DNA of 64,000 nucleotides from Eledone cirrhosa (taxonomy: Eukaryota): positions 6,076,001 to 6,140,000 of the forward strand of contig OZ024757.1 in NCBI GenBank assembly GCA_964016885.1, read 5' to 3'. The notes beneath the pieces were generated by a model. That model was not told where the DNA came from, searched no databases, and saw nothing but the letters and a program-made list of their open reading frames with translations. Made by a program: the position numbers and the translations under genes. Below, piece by piece: positions 12,646 to 25,040 of this stretch. The number at the start of each line of letters is the position of its first letter. Position 1 is the stretch's first letter.

Positions 12646-12804
12646 TGTACCCCTTCCATACACATGCACACATGTGTGTATCATGACTCATGCACTGTTC
12701 ATTTTCCTGACGTTTGTACATTACCCTATGTACTATACATGCACTTTTGATGAGTTGTAGTGCACCTGAGCACTGTACACAATATTTCATTATTATTATT
12801 ATTA

Positions 12805-13845
12805 TATATAGAGTAATGTAAATGTTATGTGAAATATTATGTGAGGTAAAGCCTTTACTGTGAAAATACAATAGTATATATAGAGTAATGTAAATGTTAT
12901 GTGAGGTATTATGTGAAGTAAAGCCTTTACTGTGATAATACAATAGTATATATAGAGTAATGTAAATGTTATGTGAGATATTATGTGAGGTAAAGCCTTT
13001 ACTGTGAAAATACAATAGTATATATAGAGTAATGTAAATGTTATGTGAGATATTATGTGAGGTAAAGCCTTTACTGTGATAATACAATAGTATATATAGA
13101 GTAATGTAAATGTTATGTGAGATATTATGTGAGGTAAAGCCTTTACTGTGAAAATACAATAGTATATATAGAGTAATGTAAATGTTACGTGAGATATTAT
13201 GTGAGGTAAAGCCTTTACTGTGACAATACAATAGTATATATAGAGTAATGTAAATGTTATGTGAGATATTATGTGAGGTAAAGCCTTTACTGTGACAATA
13301 CAATAGTATATATAGAGTAATGTAAATGTTATGTGAGATATTATGTGAGGTAAAGCCTTTACTGTGACAATACAATAGTATATATAGAGTAATGTAAATG
13401 TTATGTGAGATATTATGTGAGGTAAAGCCTTTACTGTGACAATACAATAGTATATATAGTGTAATGTAAATGTTATGTGAGATATTATGTGAGGTAAAGC
13501 CTTTACTGTGACAATACAATAGTATATATAGAGTAATGTAAATGTTATGTGAGATATTATGTGAGGTAAAGCCTTTACTGTGACAATACAATAGTATATA
13601 TAGAGTAATGTAAATGTTATGTGAGATATTATGTGAGGTAAAGCCTTTACTGTGACAATACAATAGTATATATAGAGTAATGTAAATGTTATGTGAGATA
13701 TTATGTGAGGTAAAGCCTTTACTGTGACAATACAATAGTCTATATAGAGTAATGTAAATGTTATGTGAGATACTATGTGAGGTAAAGCCTTTACTGTGAT
13801 AATACAATAGTATATATAGTGTAATGTAAATGTTATGTGAGCTAA
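12805..13845. repeat. 72-bp minisatellite, about 14 copies
   Basis: Unit GAGTAATGTAAATGTTATGTGAGATATTATGTGAGGTAAAGCCTTTACTGTGACAATACAATAGTATATATA; gives the 24-aa periodic pseudo-ORF. Confidence 0.95.
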
Positions 13846-14164
13846 AGCTTCTTCTTCTCTCTCTCACACACTTTCTCTTCCTCTCTCTCTAGAAAGACAG
13901 ACCCTTTCTCAACCATGGAACCATGTATTACTTGATGTCCTGTTTAGGGGTCACAAAATGTCAAATTTTTCTGACCCTATACTTTCGCTCATGAGCAAGG
14001 TAAAGTCTCCCTTTATTTATATCTCTGCTTTGTGTGGTTGGTGTTAGGAAGGGCCTCCAGTTATAAAATACCCAACAGTCCTCACTGGAACAAAGCGCAA
14101 TGGGGCCAACTATGGCCAGACTTGACCCAGACTCTGCCTCCTTCACTGTTTATCACCAGAACTA

Positions 14165-14545
14165 TCATCATCGTCCTCATTTTACCTCCGCTTTTCCCTG
14201 CTTGCAAGGGTGGGACGGGAACTGATCCTGGCTTGATTTCTACAGCTGGATGCCCTTCCTAACACCAACCTCATTTACAGTCTGGACTGGGTGCTGTTTT
14301 GCCGTGGCACCTCCACGACCACCTAACAGTAAATGCCGGGTGCTGTTTTGCCGTGGCACCTCCACGACCACTTTGCACTGGAATGATAGGGACCCCAGGC
14401 TTATCATCTCATTTCTACAGCTGAATAAACTGGAGCAATGTGAAATAAAGTGTCTTGCTCAAGGAAACAACACATCACCTGGTCTGAGAATTCAACTCAC
14501 AACCTTTCGATTGCAAGGCCAATGCTCTAACCACTAAGCCATGTG
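14165..14545 (-). mobile_element. tRNA-derived SINE family 1 with RTE-type 3' tail
   Basis: A/B-box head at about 14480-14545; tail GTTGGTGTTAGGAAGGGCATCCAGCTGTAG...(GAT)n; similar copy at 56545-56885. Confidence 0.85.
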
Positions 14546-14596
14546 CTTCCATGTATATATATGTATATATATATATATATACATCAAAGATAAAAA

Positions 14597-14905
14597 AAAA
14601 GATGCTATGTTCACAGACACTCTATGAAGAACCGTAGACTAGAGAACTCAACAACGCTGGCCAATAAAATCTGGCAGCTTAAGGACACAAACCAGGAATA
14701 TGGGATTAGCTGGTCTAAATTTAATTACCGCCCACCTCCACATCTTGTGTATATAACATAGCCATTTGTTTCTCTATAATGCCTGTGTCTACCGTTCCTT
14801 CATAAACCAGTTTCTAGATCATGATCACAACACCGTCATCCTGAAATACCACATCCACCAGATTCTGAAGAATGCACACGTCATGTTAAAAGCTGGTCAA
14901 ATCTA
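14597..14905 (+). mobile_element. Penelope-like element 3' remnant (GIY-YIG endonuclease C-terminal region)
   Basis: Manual translation KRCYVHRHSMKNRRLENSTTLANKIWQLKDTNQEYGISW resembles the Penelope K.R...H...F......ST.LS..IW.LK......I.W block. A decayed hammerhead-like motif follows near 14860-14904. Confidence 0.7.
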
Positions 14906-15056
14906 ATCAGATCAAGTCCTCATGAAGAGTCTGTTGCACAAGGTAAATAGTATGTGTGTGTGTGTATATATATATGTGTTTGTGTGTATATATATAGGTG
15001 TGTGTGCATGTATGTGTGTTTGTGTATGTGTGTGTATATATAAGTATGTGTGTGTG

Positions 15057-15102
<46 letters not shown>

Positions 15103-15142
15103 GTTAGAGAGGTGTGTATATAATAAATAATGTATATATGTA

Positions 15143-15366
15143 GGCACATGGCTTAGTGGTTAGAGCATTGGTCTTACAATCAAAAGGTTGTGAGTTCAAT
15201 TCTCAGACCGGGTGATGTGTTGTTTCCTTGAGCAAGACACTTTATTTCACATTGCTCCAGTTTACTCAGCTGTAGAAATGATAGGGACTGGGGTCCCTAT
15301 CATTCCACTGCAAAGTGGTCGTGGAGGTGCCACGGCAAAAAAAGCACCCAGCACTCACTGTAAATG
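15143..15366 (+). mobile_element. tRNA-derived SINE family 1
   Basis: GGCACATGGCTTAGTGGTTAGAGCATTGG...GAGTTCAATTCTC...CCTTGAGCAAGACACTTT. Confidence 0.85.
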
Positions 15367-15558
15367 ATCAGAGCAACAACACGGACACTCTATCTCAAAA
15401 TTATTTTTGAAAAGCATTTAGAAATGCGCAACCGGTAAAAACTTAAAAACTTAAAACCACAACTGAATACTAACCCATACAATTACTAATACTCTTTTAT
15501 TCCTAATTAAACCATTTTTCAACTGTGAACAATTTGTCAGCATTTTCTATTCCGTTTA

Positions 15559-15605
<47 letters not shown>

Positions 15606-15714
15606 AAAAGGTAAACAGAAATAACAACACAATTGGTACAGTATATGGAAGGGATATATACATATATATATCAATGATATTAATAAATGGAAACTATATT
15701 TATAAAACCATATT

Positions 15715-15775
15715 TATTCTATTATATATATTTCAGGGTTACCAAAACTTTTGTACGCTCTCATCAGATAAAATA
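15715..15775 (-). ncRNA. Minimal type I hammerhead motif (core intact, stem II eroded)
   Basis: Minus strand: TATTTTAT-CTGATGA-(stem II)-GAAA-TATATA-TA-ATAGAATA; homologous to 57186-57250. Confidence 0.6.
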
Positions 15776-16103
15776 CAAAGGTTGTTTTATAAATAGTGAC
15801 ATACCCAGGAATGATACCTTAACGGTTCAAGTTTCTCCTGGATAGTGAAAGGAAAGAGAGAAAAAGGGAAGAAAGGAAAAACAAATATTTTAAATTATTT
15901 TTATGAATATGCAGATGATAATTTAACACAAATATTACAGTGATATGGCTTTTCTCCAGTATATATATATGTTTCTATGTAGTTAATATAGCAAGGAAAA
16001 AGAATAATTTCTCCCCAATATCACAGTGGTATGTCTTCTCACTCATATAAATGTATTTGTGTTTAATTAATTCACCATTTTGAAATAATGAGATATGACT
16101 TTG

Positions 16104-17708
16104 TTATGGTTTCTCACCTGTATGGGTATATTTGTGTCTAGTTAAACTACTTGAAACAGAGAATGATTTACTACAGATATCACAGTGATATGGCTTCTCA
16201 GCTGTATGGGTACGTTTGTGTGTAGTTAAGGTACTACTTACAGAGAATAATTTACCACAGATATCACAATGATATGGCTTGTCTCCTGTATGTATATGTT
16301 TGTGTCTAGTTAAGGTACCACTTAGAGAGAATGATTTACCACAGATATCACAGTGGTATGGTTTCTCTACTGTATGTATATGTTTGTGTGTAGTTAAGTG
16401 ACTACATAGAGAGAATAATTTACCACAGATGTCACAGTGGTATGGCTTGTCTCCTGTATGGTTACGTTTGTGACTAGTTAAGGTACTACTTACAGAGAAT
16501 GAATTACCACAGATATCACAGTGATATGGCTTGTCTCCTGTATGGGTACGTTTGTGGCTAGTTAAGATACTACTTACAGAGAATGATTTACCACAGATAT
16601 CACAGTGGTATGGCTTGTCTCCTGTATGGGTACGTTTGTGTCTAGTTAAGTTACTACTTACAGAGAATGATTTACCACAGATATCACAGTGGTATGGCTT
16701 GTCTCCTGTATGGGTACGTTTGTGTCTAGTTAAGGCAATACTGACATAGAATGATTTACCACAGATATCACAGTGGTATGGTTTCTCTCCTGTATGTATA
16801 CGTTTGTGTGTAGTTAAGTGACTACTTAGAGAGAATAATTTACCACAGATATCACAGTGGTATGGCTTGTCTCCTGTATGGGTACGTTTGTGTCTAGTTA
16901 AGGTACTACTATCAGAGAATGATTTACCACAGATATCACAGTGATATGGCTTGTCTCCTGTATGTGTATGTTTGTGGTTAGTTAAGGTACTACTTACAGA
17001 GAATGATTTACCACAGATATCACAGTGATATGGCTTGTCTCCTGTATGGGTACGTTTGTGGCTTGTTAAGTTACTACTTACAGAGAATGATTTACCACAG
17101 ATATCACAGTGGTATGGCTTGTCTCCTGTATGGGTATGTATGTGTCTAGTTAAGGTACTACTATCAGAGAATGATTTACCACAGATATCACAGTGATATG
17201 GCTTCTCTCCTGTATGTGTACGTTTGTGTGTAGTTAAGTGACTACTTAGAGAGAATAATTTACCACAGATGTCACAGTGATATGGCTTGTCACCTGTATG
17301 TGTACGTTTGTGGCTAGTGAAGGTACTACTTTGAGAGAATGATATACCACAGATATCACAGTGATATGGCTTATGTCCTGTATGTATATGTTTGTGTCTA
17401 GTAAAGGCACTACTATCAGAGAATGATTTGCCACAGATATCACAGTGATATGGCTTGTCTCCTGTATGTGTACGTTTGTGTGTAGTTACGTGACTACGTT
17501 GAGAGAATGATTTACCACAGATATCGCAGTGATATGGTTTCTCACCCGTATGGGTACGTATATGAGAAGTTAGGGTACTACTATTAGAGAATGATTTACT
17601 GCAGATATCACAGTGATATGGCTTATGTCCTGTATGAATACGTTTGTGTCTAGTCAAGGCACTACTATCAGAGAATGATTTACCATAGATATCGCAGTGA
17701 TATGGCAT
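16104..17708 (-). CDS. Poly-C2H2 zinc-finger ORF, 19 fingers (first degenerate); residual reading frame of gene A
   Basis: 534 aa of 28-aa [11 protein letters not shown]...HKRTHTGDK repeats with no stops. The ancestral start region upstream is disrupted, so this may be a pseudogene. Confidence 0.75.
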   Translation of the reverse strand: MPYHCDIYGKSFSDSSALTRHKRIHTGHKPYHCDICSKSFSNSSTLTSHIRTHTGEKPYHCDICGKSFSQRSHVTTHKRTHTGDKPYHCDICGKSFSDSSAFTRHKHIHTGHKPYHCDICGISFSQSSTFTSHKRTHTGDKPYHCDICGKLFSLSSHLTTHKRTHTGEKPYHCDICGKSFSDSSTLTRHIHTHTGDKPYHCDICGKSFSVSSNLTSHKRTHTGDKPYHCDICGKSFSVSSTLTNHKHTHTGDKPYHCDICGKSFSDSSTLTRHKRTHTGDKPYHCDICGKLFSLSSHLTTHKRIHTGEKPYHCDICGKSFYVSIALTRHKRTHTGDKPYHCDICGKSFSVSSNLTRHKRTHTGDKPYHCDICGKSFSVSSILTSHKRTHTGDKPYHCDICGNSFSVSSTLTSHKRNHTGDKPYHCDICGKLFSLCSHLTTHKHIHTVEKPYHCDICGKSFSLSGTLTRHKHIHTGDKPYHCDICGKLFSVSSTLTTHKRTHTAEKPYHCDICSKSFSVSSSLTRHKYTHTGEKP

Positions 17709-18046
<338 letters not shown>

Positions 18047-18396
18047 AAGTATTTCTTCTTCAACAGAATATACAGATGTTTTCCTTGTAATTTTTTTTAT
18101 ATTATATTTCTTATAAAAAATATATCTTCTATATTTCCCTCAACTATATTTCAGTTAATATCTGAAGATAATACAAACTTCTTTTTCATCCAAGTTTAGT
18201 TAAAATACAAAATCATCTCATAGTGAAGAAAATAAACTCAGTTTTGAGGAAATATTTCACAGTAATATGACGAGAGATTTATATAAACAGTGTTATATAA
18301 GTTCTGCTTAGAATGTTTTAGTTTTAAAATGATGATAAATAGAGGTGATGTATCCAAGATTGAAAATAATAATTTATCCCAATGTCATCTGGTATT

Positions 18397-18420
18397 CTGA
18401 AATAAGAAAGAAACAGTATG
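18397..18420 (-). promoter_or_regulatory. 3' splice acceptor of the gene A finger exon
   Basis: Minus-strand CTGTTTCTTTCTTATTTCAG|AATA, identical to the acceptor ending at 52237. Confidence 0.75.
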
Positions 18421-18519
18421 AGATAATACAGAATACTTTAGAAGCAGAGATAGATTTAACAGTGGAAATTTTATATTTCTATATTGGTAAATTGTAGACT
18501 ACCTTGAGTAGAAGATTAT

Positions 18520-19010
18520 GAAAGTTAAAGGACCCCATAGCCAGTGACAAATTTAAAAGCCTATTACTTGATGCCTTTGACAATAAGGAAGATCAATTAG
18601 AGACATGCAATATAGAGGAACAGTGGCAATCCTTGAAAGTGAACCTGATGAAAGCAACAGTCAGTAGGCACCTCTAACAAAATACACCCCGACCCCATCC
18701 ACACCACCACCTTAAATGTGAAGTTATGTTGGTACCACAACATCCAGTCCGAAACAAATGAGGTCGTGGAGGTGTCACGACAAAAAAACAACACACAGTC
18801 CACGCTGTAATGTGACTGTGTAGGTAACACGGTAAAAACCTCCCAGTCCACACTGTAAATGTGGTTGGTGTTAGGAAGGGCATCCAGCCATAGAAAACCC
18901 ACCAGACAGTCCTATGCGAGCAAGACAACCATTCTTGCCTCAAGTGGCAAAACTCCCGTTCAAACCCATGCTAGCGTGGAAGATGGACATTAAAAGATGA
19001 TGATGATGAT
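18520..19010 (+). mobile_element. RTE fragments plus RTE 3' UTR/tail
   Basis: Matches 34450-34580 and 45960-46315; ends in (GAT)n. Confidence 0.75.
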
Positions 19011-19059
19011 GTATATATACACTGTGTACAGTATATATAATACCCTATATCTGTTGTAT

Positions 19060-19445
19060 GTTGTCCAAGAGAAAGGCTATGGCCGATACAGCTTGGCACT
19101 TGTGACATCACAACATATATATACACTATATATATTATACAGTATATATACACTATATATATGTCCAAGGGAAAGGCAATGCCTGACACAGCTTGGCACC
19201 AGTGACATCACAACATATATATACACTATATATATATATATATATACATATATACACTGTGTACCATATCTATCATACACTATATATGTTGTCCAAGGGA
19301 AATGTAATGGCTGATACAGCTTGGCACCAGTGACATCACAACATATATATACACTATATATATATATATATATATACACCATATATGTTGTCCAAGGGAA
19401 AGGCAATGGCTGACACAGCTTGGCACCAGTGACATCACAACATAT
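19060..19445. repeat. Tandem array of an about 55-bp SINE-tail unit separated by TA-rich spacers
   Basis: TGTCCAAGGGAAAGGCAATGGCTGATACAGCTTGGCACCAGTGACATCACAAC x4; also at 22090-22260, 43250-43420, 45480-45730 and 46328-46530. Confidence 0.85.
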
Positions 19446-19869
19446 ATATATAACTTATATCCTAGACATCCATAGATTATTTCTATTCTACAGCTATCTC
19501 TCTTCCCCAATTTCAAAATGTTCTGTTTACGTTATTATTATTATCATTCACTTGTTTCCACAACGTATATACTTCAACCATGTTTTTGATATAAACCATG
19601 TTGGACATTGTGTCTTTCTCTACAAACTCATCCCTAACCCCCGCCATTACCTCCCCTTTCTCCCACTCATTCATATCGGTGTTTCCAAAGCTAAGTGTCC
19701 ATCTTCGAAATTCTTGCATATTTTCCTTGCCTAATATGTCTACTTATATCTGCTTATTTCCCCCCAAATCTCCTGTGATGATATATGTCATGATGGCTAC
19801 CTATCTCACAATTTCCCACTCACCACCATAGGCTATTTCACCAATCAAACCTCAGCAACATGTCCTTAC

Positions 19870-20305
19870 ACATTACTAGCCCCAACAAACTCTGCCATTA
19901 CTACTACTGTCCTTCTAGCCCCAATAAACTCTTCCATTACTACTACTGTCCTTCTAGCTCTTACCAGCCCCAACAAACTCTGCCATTACTACTACTGTCC
20001 TTCTAGACCTTACCATCCCCAACAAACTCTGCCATTACTACTACTGTCCTTCTAGCCCTTACCAGCCCCAACAAACTCTGCCATTACTACTACTGTCCTT
20101 CTAGCCCTTACCAGCCCCAACAAACTCTGCCATTACTACTACTGTCCTTCTAGCCCTTACCAGCCCCAACAAACTCTGCCATTACTACGACTGTCCTTCT
20201 AGCCTTTACCAACCCCAACAAACTCTGCCATTACTACTACTGTCCTTCTAGCCCTTACCAGCCCCATCAAACTCTGCCATTACTACTACTGTCCTTCTAG
20301 CCCTG
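19870..20305. repeat. 49-bp minisatellite, about 9 copies
   Basis: Same unit as 155-500. Confidence 0.95.
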
Positions 20306-20489
20306 CACCAAAGAATTCTTGATTACTGTTATGTATGAAGGAGCGAAGGATAAATGGAACAACCCGAATATATAAATGAATATGAATCTGCTAGTTACCA
20401 AGCTCCCATGCGAAGCTTTAATTCAGAGACAGGAAGCATACATACTCCCCTGCAAAAATTCACCCTCTCCCACAAATGATGGCAAATGT

Positions 20490-22016
20490 CCCAAACTCTG
20501 AGTTTGAACCATCAACATAAGCACAATGAAAGGAAAGGAAGGAGAAATTATAGACATGCTAGAGTGAAAGGATATTGACGTATGCTGTGTGCAAGAGACT
20601 AGATGGAGAGGAGAGTCCTTGTAGGCAAAAGTTAGTGCTATGAATTTTTCTAGGTGGGAAATGACAATGGGATGGGTGGTGTAGGTATACTATTAACTGA
20701 GAAATGGGTAGATAACGTATTGTTAACCAGGTAATACTAGAGGGTGTCATACCAAAGGATAGGTGCAGCAGCATCATTGTCAACTGCTACAAGGGTAAAG
20801 TAGATGCACTAGATAGAATAAACTATAGAGGTATGAAGCTGATGGACCAGGTCATGAAAGTAATGGTACGAGTTATAGCACAGTTGATCAGGGACTGGGT
20901 AAAACTAGATGAGATGCAGTTTCGGTTGTTGCAGGAAAAAGCACCACTGATGCCCTCTTCCTTGTGAGGCAGTTACAGGAAAAGTACCTAGCCAAAAGCA
21001 AGCTGCTCTCCCTGGCTTTTGTCGATATGGAAAAAGTCTTCAACAGAGTGCCCCGTGCTATAATCTGGTGGGCTCTTAGAAAACTAGGAGTAGATTAGTG
21101 GCTTGTGAAAGCTGTACAAGCCATGCATAGGGGACATGTCAGTAAAGTTAGGCTTAACAATTACTATAGCGAGGAATTTAGCATACAAGTCGGTGTCTAC
21201 CAGGGCTCTGTTCTTAGCCTTCTCCTGTTTATAATAGTATTGCAGGCTATAACAGAAGAGTTTAAGACCTGATGCCCATAGGAACTCCTATATGTGGATG
21301 ATCTTACACTTATAGCTGAATCTATGGCAGAACTAAAGAAACAAGCACCACCAAACTCTGGGAGAGTTCTGTAGAAACAATACACAGCTTTTGCTACCTA
21401 GGTGACCGAATAAGCAGCAGAGATGGGTGTTCTGAAAGTACAGTAACCAGGGTAACAACGAGATTGAAGATGTTCAGGGAGCTACTGCCACTGCTAGCTG
21501 CAAAAGGCTTTTCCCTCAAAATGAAAGGCAGACAGTATGATGCGTGCATACGAACAGCAATGTTACATGGTAGTGAGACCTGGGCACTGTCTGTAGAAGA
21601 CTTGCATAGATTAGAAAGAAATGAAACTTGCATGCTCAGATGGATGTGTAATAGTAATATACGCGAACAGCAAAGCATTAACAAATTGAGAGAGAGACTG
21701 AGCATAAGAGGAATCAAATGCTGTGTGCAGCAGAGGAGGTTGTGTTGTAGCCGCTGGGTACAAGCCGAAGCACATAGACAATATGCCCCCACCCCCTCCC
21801 ACTGTAAAGTGGCTGTGGAGCTGTCACAACAAAAAAGCACCCATCACTCACTGTGAGGTTGGTGTTAGGAAGGGCATCCAGCTGTAGAAATCAAGCCAAA
21901 ATCGGTTCCCATCTGAGTAAGACAAGGTCACCCCACCTGGCGCTGCCCACAACAGGACAACCTGTCTAACCCATACTACCGTGGAAGAAGGGACGTAAAA
22001 TGGTGATGATGATGAT
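20490..22016 (+). mobile_element. Degraded RTE LINE fragment (paralogue of 690-2422)
   Basis: Same internal deletions as copy 1, plus an additional C-terminal deletion near 21748. Confidence 0.9.
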
Positions 22017-22259
22017 ATACATATATATACACTGTGTACAGTATATATACACTATATATATATTATACAGTATATATACACTATATATGATGTCCAAGAG
22101 AAAGGCAATGGCCAGTACAGCCTGGCACGAGTGACGTCACAACATATATATACACTATGTATATATTATATATACACTGTGTACAGTATATATACACTAT
22201 ATATATGTCCAAGAAAAAGGCTATGGCTGATACAGCTTGGCACTAGTGACATTACAACA

Positions 22260-23023
22260 TATATATATACAATATATATTATACAGTATATATACACTAT
22301 ATATACTTTACAGTATATATACACTATATATATTATACAGTATATATACACTATATATATATTATACAGTATATATACACTATATATATATTATACAGTA
22401 TATATACACAATATATATTATACAGTATATATACACTATATATATTATACAGTATATATACACTATATATATATTATACAGTATATATATACACTATATA
22501 TATATATATTATACAGTATATATACACTATATATATTATACAGTATATATACACTATATATATTATACAGTATATATACACTATATATATATTATACAGT
22601 ATATATACACTATATATATATTATACAGTATATATACACTATATATATATATATTATACAGTATATATACACTATATATATATATATTATACAGTATATA
22701 TACACTATATATATTATACAGTATATATACACTATATATATTATACAGTATATATACACTATATATATATTATACAGTATATATACACTATATATACATT
22801 ATACAGTATATATACACTATATATATATTATACAGTATATATACACTATATATATATATATTATACAGTATATATACACTATATATATTATACAGTATAT
22901 ATACACTATATATATATTATACAGTATATATACACTATATATATTATACAGTATATATACACTATATATATATACAGTATATATACACTATATATATTAT
23001 ACAGTATATATACACTATATATA
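22260..23023. repeat. AT-rich 25-31 bp minisatellite
   Basis: Unit (TA)nTTATACAGTATATATACAC. Confidence 0.95.
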
Positions 23024-23210
23024 TGTCCAAGGGAAAGGCTAAGGCCGATACAGTTTGGCACCAGTGACATCACAGCTCATTTCTACAGCTGAGTAAACTG
23101 GAGCAACGTGAAATAAAGTGTCTTGCTCAAGGACATAACACAACACCCGGTCCGAAACTCGAACTCAACACCTTTTAATTGTAAGCCCAATGCTCTAACC
23201 ATTAAGCCAC
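23024..23210 (-). mobile_element. tRNA-derived SINE family 1 (paralogue of 2450-2637)
   Basis: Same sequence and flanks. Confidence 0.85.
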
Positions 23211-24139
23211 GATACGTTCCAGAACCAACCGTGATATAGAGAGACCACAAAGACAACCGTTGTTTTTATAGTTTAAGCCTTAAAATACCTCTCATACATG
23301 CTTTAAGTACATATAAACTCATTAAAACACACTTTTGTATTTAAACACCAAAAACAGCCAGTAACGATCGTATAGAAACTACCACCAACCATCATACCAC
23401 TAGTTACCAATGAGGACCATTGCCAGCCACGGTAGCCACTTGGTAATACACTGTACACCGCAATCTATGAAGGGTTTGTAGTAGATTAGAGCAAAACACA
23501 ATCAGTAAAACAATAATGGAATGAAAAATATAAATATTTGTTTATAATTAAAGCCTTAAGATGTCCCTTCCTTACGATATACACTTTAATAACATTGAAA
23601 CTTATTTAATAAGTTTAAAATTTAAACACTTTTTATTTAGACGTACCGCGATAAGAAACTAGATATGTTCTAACGAATAATCCGCGATACGTTCCAAAGA
23701 CATATCCGCGATGTAACGGGACCGCGATATAGCGGGGGATTACTGTATATATACACACACAACATACATCTATCTATATACACTCGTAACATTTATTTCG
23801 ATATCTTACATTAAAATATTGACTGAGGGTGACAACTGTTTCTTGTTTGAGGTTGTTCCAGTGGTTGAAATATAGACGGAGGTATTTAAATAATAAAGAC
23901 AGTCATGATAACAATATATTTTATATCACATGTAACAGTGGAATCTGATGATTGAAAAATATCACATCAACATTTCAGTTTGGAAGTGTTTTTTCTATAT
24001 ATAAAAGTGGAGGAAGAAATATATTTTTCTAATGTTGTTATATATATTTTCACTTGTATATAATTACTGGGTCGTTGTAGGGTTCACATAATTATATTAT
24101 TTACACACATTAATATAGACATTAAGTAAATCTTTGTCA

Positions 24140-24665
24140 ACTTACCCCCTTCACATATAATCAATGTGTTGTGTTGTTAGTTGTTACTAAACAACCAAAG
24201 AAATAATCTCTTTGTTATCAAATTAGAAGTTTCAATGTTATCAGCTTTATTTCACGACATTAACGTTGGTGTAACTTCTTCATCTTTAGTCATAAATTGA
24301 TATCTTGTCAGAATGAAGTAGTGAGGCTGACTTTATGTCTTTAGCTACAGATTAGATAGGAAATATATATATATTAGGTTGATATCTGGTCTAAAATATA
24401 TATATGTCTATAAATGACTGATAGCAGATGTTCTGGTGAAATAGTAGTTTTACTACTACAGATTGTAATGGAACTCTTAGTAGACACAATTGTAAAGTAA
24501 GAATAGATATGACAGTGTAAGACTGATGTCGGGGAATTAAAATTGTGTGTATATATATATAATTGTTACACAAGATATAATTAGATTAATTAAAGTTATA
24601 ATGAAGACAGCAGGTACTCGGTGTCGTTGGAAATGATTTAACTCACTTACCGGTGTCATACGTTA
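24140..24665 (-). promoter_or_regulatory. Putative non-coding exon 1/promoter of zinc-finger gene A
   Basis: Minus-strand GAAGGGG|GTAAGT with the intron starting at 24145, oriented toward the acceptor at 18397. Confidence 0.6.
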
Positions 24666-24960
24666 ACAGTCGCTGATATAATTTAATGTATTCAGACACA
24701 CTTCCAATCGTATTTAATCGATGGTAAATCTAAAAGTATCACTCAATAAAATATCAATTACAAATCTACATAGTCTCTCACCCTGCTAGAAATAGCAGTG
24801 AAATTATCCATTACAGATTCGTTTTTCTTACGTTTAGTTAAACAATCAACAACAGCAAGTCTTTTGTACAGACTTCAGAATAAGCTCGAAAACCGCCAGA
24901 ATATCATTCTCCTTCTTGATATATATATATATATACACACGCACACATATAATATATATA

Positions 24961-25040
24961 CAGTGAAATTCCGTTATAACGAAATTCACGCAGTATGAAA
25001 ATAATTCGTTGTAACGAAAAATTCTTTATAACCGAATCAA
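24961..25040. mobile_element. pogo/Tigger-like MITE terminus
   Basis: TA-CAGTGAAATTCCGTTATAACGAA with a subterminal TTCGTTGTAACGAA repeat; no partner end found. Confidence 0.5.

Larger units (their letters stand above)
8840..12804 (+). mobile_element. CR1/L2-group LINE, near full-length but internally deleted and frameshifted
   Basis: ORF1, APE endonuclease, RT and a 3' UTR ending in (ATT)n near 12790-12804. Confidence 0.9.
19710..24830 (-). repeat. Segmental duplication copy 2 (intron plus leader cassette of gene A)
   Basis: Direct, collinear copy of about 1-4185. Confidence 0.9.

Noticed and set aside
12805-13845. CRISPR-like appearance of the regular arrays
   Set aside because: Units are contiguous with no unique spacers, there are no cas genes, and the context is eukaryotic.
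15143-15215. tRNA genes
   Set aside because: The A/B-box heads run into SINE bodies and lack a complete cloverleaf.
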